Source: Macrostomum lignano
Lineage: Eukaryota
Length of the DNA: 64,000 nt
Direction of reading: 5' to 3'
NCBI GenBank assembly: GCA_002269645.1
Contig: NIVC01001494.1
Span: 124,001 to 188,000 of the forward strand
The position numbers and the translations under genes were made by a program. A model generated the notes under the pieces. It saw only the letters and a program-made list of their open reading frames with translations, was not told the origin of the DNA and ran no database searches. Shown in pieces: positions 25,455 through 36,000 of the stretch (its first letter is position 1; each line of letters begins with the position of its first letter).

Positions 25455-25780
25455 AGCTTATCAAGTGCAATAATCCTTTGTTTGCCAATGCAGTTAATCC
25501 TTGGTTTATCAAGCGCAGTAATCCTTGGTTATCAAGTGCAGAAATCCTTGGTTTATTAAGTGCAGTAATCCTTGGTTTATCAAGTGCAGTAATCCATGGT
25601 TTATCAAGTGCAGAAATCCTTGGTTTATCAAGTGTAGTAATCTTTGGTTTATCAAGTGCAATAATCCTTGGTTTATCAAGTGCAGTAATCCTTGGTTTAT
25701 CAAGTGCAGTAATCCTTGGTTTATCAAATGCAGTAATCCTTGATATATCAAGTGCAGTAATCCTTGGTTTATTAAGTGAA
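25455..25780. repeat. 24-bp minisatellite TAATCCTTGGTTTATCAAGTGCAG
   Basis: About 13 diverged copies. Confidence 0.92.
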
Positions 25781-25823
25781 TGAAAAGAAAATTTCACTAC
25801 TTTTATATACTTTATATACACTA

Positions 25824-25887
25824 CTAAGATTTGAACCTAGGTCGCTGCATTAGTAGTCCAGTATGTTCAGCTCTAGGCTAGCTCTCA
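25824..25887 (-). mobile_element. Decayed tRNA-derived SINE head or tRNA pseudogene
   Basis: The minus strand reads TAGCCTAGAG (A-box-like)...CTGGACTACTAATGCAG (anticodon-arm-like)...GGTTCAAATC (B box) with tRNA-like spacing. The acceptor stem is not intact. Confidence 0.4.
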
Positions 25888-27990
25888 TTGAAGTTAAATG
25901 AATTTGTAGCTCATATAAATCAACACTCACACAAAGTCAGGTAGAGTAAAAGTCACATGAAGCAGTTATGATATAATTAATTTCTTAGGCAGTCAGTATC
26001 AGTGTCTATACTAACAATATGGTTAGGCAATATAAATCAAGTACTGTGCTATGCTTCTACACTCAACACTAATGCAATTCAACTAGTATACAGACAATAA
26101 ATAAAAAGCCTATTGTGATGCAATCTATTTCAGAATCAGAATTCAACCAGTCAGTTTTTTTCTTAGCATTCTTATGATGCATTTAAAGTTGAAAGAGCTG
26201 CTTGACCTTTGCAAAAAGCATGTTTTTCAAATATTTAATCCCTTTAGCATCAAGCAATTTCTTAGCAACATTGCAAGTACTGTCATGGAAAAATTTCTGA
26301 TTGAACAGTGCATGTTCAAAGAAAATTGGCTTAGCCATTTTTGCTAAAACTGATCACATACTTACCTAGATAGATAGATACCTACCAACAGACCATTTTT
26401 AGTATATAGAAAATGTTATTCTTAAAAAAGTGGCAATTTTTTTCTAGTTCTTTTAATTAAAGCATGTTTAAAGCATTATATGGCATTTTTTTGTTTTACA
26501 ATACTTGCACTTTGTGTCAATTTTGTTATATAATACCCATTGGAAATTAGTGAGAATTGAAATAGATGTAGCTTTGATTGCAAAAATGTTTCAATCATAG
26601 CTTGCTAGCACACAATCCTTATATTCACTTTCATTATACAATGCCCTTAATGGAGAATTTGTTAAGAATGCATTGTAAAATGAAAGTGAGGAGGTATAGA
26701 AGCAAAAATAAGGGAGAATATTAAGAATTGGATATAGCCATGAAGAATCTTACAATTTTAGCTTATTAGTGCACAATCCTTATATTCACTTTCATTATAG
26801 GCCTACGATGCCCTCAATAGAGAATTTGTTAAGAATACATTGTAAAATGAAAGTGAGGGGGATATAGCAAATAAATGAAAGACTGAAAAGAAATGGGTAT
26901 GACTGTTAACAAATTATCCCTTATTTTCATTTTTATCCCCCTCACTTTTGTTTTAGAATGCATTCTTAATAAAGTCTTATATATTGGTCTATCTATCAAA
27001 TTGCAGCCATTTGTTGTCTTGGTATCTATTTTCTTAATTAACTAGTATTTCTAAAGCTGCTAAAAATTATCATTGATTTTAAATGAGTGACCAATAGTAC
27101 AAAATTATATTTACACTACTATAAAAGTACAACATAATATTGGTTAAGAATTATTTCTATACATACTTCTGAAGAGTCAGAATCAACATTTGAAAATTGA
27201 CCTTCCATTTTTTGCAAATTGCAAGTGTAGTGTCCTGATATATTGCTAATCCTTGTTTTGTAAAAGGTTTTGTTTATTCACTCAAATTTTGGATGCAATA
27301 ATAAAAATATTATATTGCATCTTTATTTGAGGAATAACAGCATGTTTATCTATAGACCAACACATTTTTTGTTTTTTTTTCTACAAAGACATTTAATCAC
27401 TCTTTAATTGGTGGTTCCTTAAAATTAGAAAGGATAGGTAGTAGATAAAGGATAATGGATAATAGTAAAAGATAGGTAAGTACTAGATAACACTGTATAT
27501 TAGTAGCAATTTTAGTGTATATAAGTCACACTTTGGAAGATTTTGAAAGATTGGAAAATTGTATTTTGTCATTTGAACTAGAAATGATCAAATAGATTTA
27601 CATCCTGGCTATGTAGATCTACATGCAGGTTAAGTTAGATTTATCTAACAAAAATTGTGCAAATCATTATAATATATGTATAAAATGTATATATAGATTG
27701 TATATTGATATATTGCCATGATAAAACTGGTTTCTTTATATACTTTAGCCAAATTTAATAATAGTAAGAGGCTCACAAAGTCATTTTTCAATTCTAAGCA
27801 CATCTATAAAAGTATAAGGGATTATGTTATTTAACCCTCACAATAATTTTGAGAAATTAGTCTAGTTGCACATATGCAGTTGGTTACTAGGCCCATTTGC
27901 CTATGGGTTAAATATGAGATTTGTCTATTTGTTTTAACTAAAGACAAAGTTATTAACTAATATAGTCTATTGTGGCTTTTGCGCCCGCAG

Positions 27991-29822
27991 CACCGCCTGT
28001 GGTGCACTGGCTTAGTGCGCCATCTCTGGCGGCGCCGCAGGCGGCAGGCAGCCATTGTGACTGCTGCTGCCACCGCCCTGCTGGCGCTCCTGCTGCTGGC
28101 CAGCGCCTTGCTCAGCAGGCCGCTGCCGCCGCCCTTCCAGCTGGAATCCGCAAGCACCGCCATAGCCGTCGAATCTATTGACCTGTTCGACTCTCGCCGC
28201 GATGTCATCGTGCTGCTGCACATGCAGAAGACCGGCGGCTCGCACCTGAACCGCCAGCTCGTCTCCGGCTTGCGCCGACCCGACATGCGCTGCCAGTGCG
28301 GCCGCGGCGGCCTCGGCGGTGCGCGTCGGCGGAAATGGCGCTGCAACTGCCGCAACAGCCGCGGCGACCTGTGGCTGGTGAGCCGCTACAGCACCGGCTG
28401 GCTCTGCGGCCTCCACGCCGACTTCGCCGCGCTGTCTGCCTGCGTGCCCGGCCAGCTGGCCGCGCTCGACTCCGACTTTGAGAGGCCGCGCCGCCTCCGC
28501 TACGTCACCATGCTGCGCCGGCCGGCCGACCGCTTCCTGTCCGAGTGGCAGCACGCGCGCCGCGGTGCCACCTGGCGGAAATCGCAGCCCACCTGCCGCG
28601 GCAGCCGGCCTCCGCCCTGCCGGACTGGCGACGGCGCCTGGCGCGGCGTCTCCCTGGCCGAGTTCGCCGCCTGCCGCGCCAACCCGGCGCTGAACCGGCA
28701 GGCGCGCATGCTGGCCAACACCAGCGGCCTGCCCTGCCGGGCCGTCTTCGCCAACGGGAATCGAACCGCAGACCTACTGCTGGCCAGCGCGCTTCACAAT
28801 CTGGTAGGGATGGCGGCGTTCGGCCTGACTGAGTGGCAGGTGAGCGAGCGGCTGGGAAGCTGGGACTTTTATGGAGTTGAGGATCTGGGATATCTGATGG
28901 AGTTGAGGATCTGGGAAATTTGATGGAGTTGAGGATTTGGGATATCTGATGGAGTTGAGGATCCGGGATATCTGAGGGAGTTGAGGATCTGGGATATCTG
29001 ATGGAGTTGAGGATCTGGGATATCTGAGGGAATTGAGGATCTGGGATATCTGATGGAGTTGAGGATCTGGGATATCTGAGGGAATTGAGGATCTGGGATG
29101 TCTGATGGAGTTGAGGATCTGGGATATCTGAGGGAATTGAGGATCTGGGATGTCTGATGGAGTTGAGGATCTGGGATATCTGAGGGAATTGAGGATCTGG
29201 GATGTCTGATGGAGTTGAGGATCTGGGATATCTGAGGGAATTGAGGATCTGGGATGTCTGATGGAGTTGAGGATCTGGGATATCTGAGGGAGCTGTAAAG
29301 ACTCTTCATGCGGGTTTCCCGTTGTCACGCGGATGTCACTCTACCCCAAGCACCACTCTCGGACCCGCGCAGATCCTGACGCAATACCTGCTGAGCAGGC
29401 GCCTCGGCCTGAGCTTCAGCCGCCTGTTCTGGCAGCAGGACGCCACCGTCGCCTCTAATTGGCGCGCCAGCGGCAACTTCAGCCTCGTCGCCGACGCCGG
29501 CGACCTCCAGCAGAGGCGACTGGCGGAGCTCGCCAACCCCGCCGACGCCCGCCTGTACGCAGCGGCCGAGCGGCTGTTCTTCGGCCAGGCCCGCCGCCTG
29601 CTGGCTCGGGAGCCGCTGCTGTCGGTCGGCCAGCGGGCTCGAGTCCGGGACGCCGACTCCGCAATCGGCGGCGACGCACTGACCGCGCTGGCCCGCCGGG
29701 TGCTGCTGGAGCTGGGCGCCGTTGAAGTGGACGACGCCGAGAAGGCGGACATCCGGCGCCGGGTGCGCAAGAAGCTCCTGCGGGCTGGCAACGACGAGGC
29801 CGAGTCGGATTCGAACTCGTGA
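27991..29822 (+). CDS. HS6ST: Heparan sulfate 6-O-sulfotransferase (type II Golgi membrane protein)
   Basis: Exons 27991-28839 and 29373-29822 (GT-AG, phase 0). Motifs DVIVLLHMQKTGG (5'-PSB), SRYSTGWLCGLHAD, YVTMLRRPADRFLSEWQHARRGATW, NRQARMLA and AFGLTEWQ|ILTQYL. A basic tail precedes the TM segment. There is no in-frame ATG before the TM; an acceptor gcgcccgcag ends at 27990. Confidence 0.93.
28872..29290. repeat. 26-bp minisatellite GGAGTTGAGGATCTGGGATATCTGAT in the HS6ST intron
   Basis: About 16 copies. Confidence 0.95.
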
Positions 29823-29981
29823 CCACGGATTCTAGACGGACTACAGCGGGTCCGGCTTGAGTTTCTGAGCCAGTTGCATGCTCTGTACCGGTAATGCGAA
29901 CTGGGGATGGAGTTCGGCTGCTTTTGATTTTGTGCTGTGCCTTCATTGTAAGCAGGACTGCTGCTGGCGGTTTCTGGCACG

Positions 29982-30565
29982 GTCTGTTAGACAGGCTGTT
30001 AGATTATCTGGGTCTGTTAGGCAGGCTGTTAGATTATCTGGGTCTGTTAGACAGGCTGTTAGATTATCTGGGTCTGTTAGACAGGCTGTTAGATTCTCTA
30101 GGTCTGTTAGACAGGCTGTAAAATTCTCTAGGTCTGTTAGACAGACTGTTAGATTCTCTAGGTCTGTTAGACAGACTGTTAGATTCTCTAGGTCTGTTAG
30201 AAAGACTGTTAGATTCTCTAGGTCTGTTAGACAGGCTGTTAGATTCTGTAGATCTGTTAGACAGACTGTTAGATTCTCTGGGTCTGTTAGACAGGCTGTT
30301 AGATTCTGTAGATCTGTTAGACAGACTGTTAGATTCTCTAGGTCTGTTAGACAGACAGTTAGATTCTCTAGGTCTGTTAGACAGACTGTTAGATTCTCTA
30401 GGTCTGTTAGACAGACTGTTAGATTCTCTGGGTCTGTTAGACAGGCTGTTAGATTCTGTAGATCTGTTAGACAGACTGTTAGATTCTCTAGGTCTGTTAG
30501 ACAGGCTGTTAGATTCTGTAGATCTGTTAGACAGACTGTTATTCCAGATTATCTGGGTCTGTTAG
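29982..30565. repeat. 30-bp minisatellite GGTCTGTTAGACAGGCTGTTAGATTCTCTA
   Basis: About 19 copies 3' of HS6ST. Confidence 0.95.
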
Positions 30566-30965
30566 ACAACAGCTGCCAGGCCCACTAAGCAGCACCTGCT
30601 CTCGCTCAGCTGCATGTATGTGTACTCACTGTATTGCTAGTATCGGTTGCAAAAGTACAGCCCCAGATAGTTCATGTTAAGTACTGTAAGGCGCTTCATA
30701 CTTGTACTTTAATATCGTATTGTTTGCGCGAAGATTGCTCAGTTCTGTATGCAGCAATATTTTTAAATTACTTTTTTTACTCAGCTGTAAAATGTTTTGT
30801 AATAACTGAATGCGCTGTGTCATTACTTAGGCTGTAAATTCACCTGCATAAACGGTTTCCATTGCGCTGTTATTTAAACTTTTAATCAGCTTGATCTGAA
30901 TTGGCTTGACTCCCTTCACGGGCAGTCGACCTTTAGGGATCCCAGTCTTCCGGCTGATAGTGGAG

Positions 30966-31420
30966 TAGCTGGTCACAATCTGCCAACTGATAGAGGGGTA
31001 GCTGGTCACAATCTGCCAACTGATAGAGGGGTAGCTGGTCACAATCTGCCAACTGATAGAGGGGTAGCTGGTCACAATCTGCCAACTGATAGAGGGGTAG
31101 CTGGTCACAATCTGCCAACTGATAGAGGGGTAGCTGGTCACAATCTGCAAACTGATAGAGGGGTAGCTGGTCACAATCTGCCAACTGATAGAGGGGTAGC
31201 TGGTCACAATCTGCCAACTGATAGAGGGGTAGCTGGTCACAATCTGCCAACTGATAGAGGGGTAGCTGGTCACAATCTGCCAACTGATAGAGGGGTAGCT
31301 GGTCACAATCTGCCAACTGATAGAGGGGTAGCTGGTCACAATCTGCCAACTGATAGAGGGGTAGCTGGTCACAATCTGCCAACTGATAGAGGGGTAGCTG
31401 GTCACAATCTGCCAACTGAT
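30966..31420. repeat. 33-bp minisatellite GTAGCTGGTCACAATCTGCCAACTGATAGAGGG
   Basis: About 14 copies. Confidence 0.95.
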
Positions 31421-31664
31421 CTGCCAGCTCAGCCATCTGCCAACTGCTGGTTCGATTTGCTTTTTGTGCCAGTTTTGAACCGCCGTTTGGCACACGCCAT
31501 GATGCAGCGCTGAATTCTGGAATGTCCGGAATGTTTTTGACATGACATGACCGGGGTAGCTGTACGCCTGCTCTGTTGTTGCAGTTGCTGCTTTCTGATC
31601 TTTCTTGCTGCCAAAAACTGCGAGCCTTTTTTAACGTTGCACGCTTGCAGTGCTGATCTGACCC

Positions 31665-32000
31665 ACTGGTCTGATCTGCTGACCAAATCAGCTGATCTAC
31701 TGACCAAATCAGCTGATCTACTGACCAAATCAGCTGATCTACTGACCAAATCAGCTGATCTACTGACCAACTAGTCTGATCTGCTGACCAACTGGTCTGA
31801 TCTACTGACCAACTGGTCTGATCTGCTGACCAACTGGTCTGATCTACTGACCAACTGGTCTGATCTACTGACCAACTGGTCTGATCTACTGACCAACTGG
31901 TCTGATCTACTGACCAACTGGTCTGATCTACTGACCAACGGGTCTGATCTACTGACCAACGGGTCTGATCTACTGACCAACGGGTCTGATCTACTGACCA
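31665..32000. repeat. 21-bp minisatellite CTGACCAACTGGTCTGATCTA (two variant blocks)
   Basis: Tandem copies. Confidence 0.93.
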
Positions 32001-33019
32001 ACAATTTTACTTTACCGCCAATTGCAATTCATATCCACATGCTTTGATAACTTTCTGTAGGCACAATTCACACGTACTTTACTGTTTAAATATAGCACTA
32101 CTGGCAATGGCAAGCCCGCAAGCATTGCTGGCTCCTGTTGGTTGCTATGCCATAAAATCTGGCTTTGCGCTGTCACTCGGTTTGGCTTTCATCATTTCTG
32201 CATTCCCACGATTTGCAGCGGAAGTCTGCTTGGAGAGGCTGCATTGTTGAATGGCTTCTGAATGTTTCAGGAGCCCCCGCCAGTGCTTGAAAATGAGGAT
32301 GCAGCTGAAAAATCCAGCTATTGCGAGTAGCTTCTGCAAGCTGGTGTCAGATTGCACTCTTGTTGTATGCATTCGCTGTGTGCTGGGGTGGATCCTGCAG
32401 TTGCGGACTGGGGCTTTGGAACTGCTGATCTGCCAGAGTAATTAACAGGCATCTGCCAGCACTAGCTACCAGGCATCTACCAGCACTAGCTACCAGACAT
32501 CTACCAGCACTAGCTACCAGACATCTACCAGCACTAGCTACCAGGCATCTACCAGCACTAGCTACATGTACCAGGCATCTACCAGCACTAGCTACAGTAT
32601 CAAAAAGCCCAACCCATCAGACCCTTATGTAGGCGTATAGGCTGCAATTAAAAGCAGATGTAGAGCACAACTCCGAGCACTGAAAATGACAGCCAGTCTC
32701 AAAAGCAGAAGCTGCAACAAGTGCGCGAACTGGGAAGAATTTGCTGTTAATTTTCACCAAACCGAGAGTTCAGCAGCAGAGAATAAAATTATTGATACAC
32801 AAGAGCCGATGTGCGAGCATGAGGTGCGGTTATTGAACAAACATTTCTCTTATGCAAAAAGCGGGGGAGGACGAGAGTGCAAGTGTGACAGAGTCATGCA
32901 TGAGATGCTACACATCAGGAGTGAGTGGACATGGTGCGAGAGACGAGTTGCCTTCTTGCAGTGAGTATCAAATATTTATCATGCTGAGCTCCTGTCGAGC
33001 GGCCATTGCGCGGCCTCGG

Positions 33020-36000
33020 CTAACTGTAATCAATGTAGCCCTTCTCTCGCCCTGTCGGCGACGCCGTGGTCGGCGGCTGCTTCTCCTTCGGCTTGCGGAT
33101 CAGCAGGCCGTTGCGGTCGGTCCTGGGGATGATGCCACCCCGGTGGGCGTGGGGCCGCGGCGCCTCCCGGCTCACCGTGCGGTACACGGCGTGGAAGCCC
33201 TTGAAGCTGATCGTGTCGTCGCTGCGGAACCGGATGTGCAGACTCTGCCTGGAGGAGTAGATCGGCCCGTCCGGACCCTGGGGCGCGCGGATGGAGGGCA
33301 AAATTTCATGGTGAATTAATTGCATTTCGGCAGATTTTATTGAAGAAATACAAACTGGGGAACACCTTGCGGGGGAATCCGTACTGGGGAACACCTTGCA
33401 TGGGAATCCGTACTAGGGAACACCTTGCGGGGGACTCCGTTCTGGGGAACACCTGACGGGGAATCCGTACTGGGAAACACTTGACGGGAAATCCGTACTG
33501 GGGAACACCTTGCGGAGGAATCCGTGCTGGGGAACACCTTGTAGGGAATCCGTTCTGAGGAACACCTGACGGGGAATCCGTACTGGGGAACACCTTGCGG
33601 AGGAATCCGTGCGGGGGAACACCTTTAGGGAATCCCTACTGGGGAACACCTTGCAGAGAATCCCTACTTAGGGGACACCTTGTGGGAATCCGTACTGGGG
33701 AACACCTTGCAGAGAATCCCTACTTAGGGGACACCTTGTGGGAATCCGTACTGGGGAACACCTTGCAGGGGAATCCGTACTGGGGAATACCTTGCAGGGG
33801 AATCCCTACTGGGGAAAACCTCGCGAGGAATCCGTATTGGGGAACACCTGACGGCGGTAAGGATTGCAGGTGGATACCTTGTAAATCCTCTGCAATGGCA
33901 TATTTTGACGAGTCCCTACTGGGATTAATCTCTCTATGGAATATTTCGAGAATCCTTACTGAGGAATAACTACCAATATTTGGAATTATCCCTTTAACGG
34001 AGAAAAACTTTCTTTATGGTAATCACTCTAATGGGAATCCATGCAGGGACTAACTACCCCGTATGCTAAAGCTCAATTTAGCGGAAACAGAGTTCGAACC
34101 ACAGACGCTGACGCACCTTCCTCTCCCGCAGGTTGCCGCAGTAGCGGCCCAGCAACACACCTCTGTCGTTGTCGTCATCGAAGATGTCCACGTAGTCGTA
34201 GCTGCGGGTTGGCCGGAGCGGCGGGGAAGGGAGTGAGTTCCCCCAATCCCAATCTGGGAAAAAACTTCCACGCTTTCGAGATCAGAACGCGGCCAACTCA
34301 CCCGCACTCGATTTCGCTCTCCAGCTCAAATGTCTCCATGTTGAGCACGATCACCTCCTCGGGATTGGAGGTGGTGAGGGTCCAGTTGCAGTTCTCCCTG
34401 GTCCCGTAGTCCTTGTCCCCGAAGCCGGCGTGGCTGTAGAAGCTCGCGTTCGCGGACGAGGCGATCAGCTGCCCGCCGCAGACTGTTGAGTGACAGGTGT
34501 GGGTGGGGGGCCCTGACTTTCTAATCGGGGTCAGGCAATCGCCTGTACACACTGCCGTAAGGTGTTTAGACCTCTAAATATGAGAAATTGCTAGAACGCT
34601 ACTTATAGTAGTTTATCCAAACTGCGCTCCTCACTGGACGAGTGATCCGCATTGAAGCCCTTCCGCTGCAGCGAGGAGTCGCTGACGAAGCCCACAAACA
34701 TCGAGTTGCCGGTGCTGATCACCGGAGTCGGCGGCATCGCGTCGCCGCAGAAGACTCCGATTCGCTCCGAGGTGGCGTCGGGACCGTCGCGGATCTCCAC
34801 GTGGTCGTAGGCGCAGTCTGGATGGCGCTCGATTTCAAAGTGCTTGAACACCTGGGGGTGGGAGGAGGGGATCTCGAAGTGCTTGAACACCTGGGGGTGG
34901 GAGGAGGGGATCTCGAAGTGCTTGAACACCTGGGGGTGGGAGGAGGGGATCTCGAAGTGCTTGAACACCTGGGGGTGGGAGGAGGGGATCTCGAAGTGCT
35001 TGAACACCTGGGGGTGGGAGGAGGGGATCTCGAAGTGCTTGAACACCTGGGGGTAGGAGGAGAGGATCTCGAAGGACTTGTAACTGCGATCCCCAGCTCC
35101 CTACTCAGAGTAGCCACGCTCTGCTCATACCAGTTTGATGCGGTGCCCCGGCGTGGTGAGGAAGTTCCAGCTGCACCGCTTTTCCAGCGGGTACCTGCGG
35201 GGATAGTTGGGGCTGGAGAACTCGCCGCTCAGCCGGGTAATTCGGTGCTTGCAGCCGCCCTCCTTGCACTGGTGGTTGCCGTACAGCACGTAGCCGCTGT
35301 GGCAGGCGCACACGTAGGAGCCGATGGTGTTCTTGCACAGCTGGTCGCAGCCGCCGTTCATCATGGCGCACTCGTCCCGGTCCACCATGAAGCTGGCCGA
35401 GAACCCGCCCTTGGACACCTGCGGGGCGGAGGCGGGTCCACGGGTGAATGGGGCGGATGGAGTGGGTGCGGAGGAGTGGGAAGAGCGGCGAATGGAGAGG
35501 GAGGCGGATGGAGTGGAGACAGGGGCGGATGGAGAAGGGGCGGATGGAGTGAAGACAGGGGCGGATGGAGAAGGGGGCGGATGGAGTGAAGACAGGGGCG
35601 GATGGAGTAGGGAGAGGGGCGGATGGAGTGAAGACAGGGGCGGATGGAGAAGGGGGCGGATGGAGTGAAGACAGGGGCGGATGGAGTAGGGAGAGGGGCG
35701 GATGGAGTGAAGACAGGGGCGGATGGAGTGAAGACAGGGGCGGATGGAGAAGGGGGTGGATGGAGTGAAGACAGGGGCGGATGGAGTAGGGAGAGGGGTG
35801 GATGGAGTGAAGACAGGGGCGGATGGAGTAGGGAGAGGGGCGGATGGAGTAGCGAGAGGGGCGGATGGAGTGAAGACAGGGGCGGATGGAGAAGGGGGCG
35901 GATGGAGTGAAGACAGGGGCGGATGGAGAAGGGGGCGGATGGAGTGAAGACAGGGGCGGATGGAGAAGGGGGCGGATGGAGTGAAGACAAGGGCGGATGG

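Larger units (their letters stand above)
22480..27960. other. AT-rich, CpG-depleted spacer between divergent ARL5 and HS6ST
   Basis: Abrupt compositional switch. I count only 2 CG dinucleotides between about 22700 and 24450, whereas CpG is common elsewhere in the window. Confidence 0.85.
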
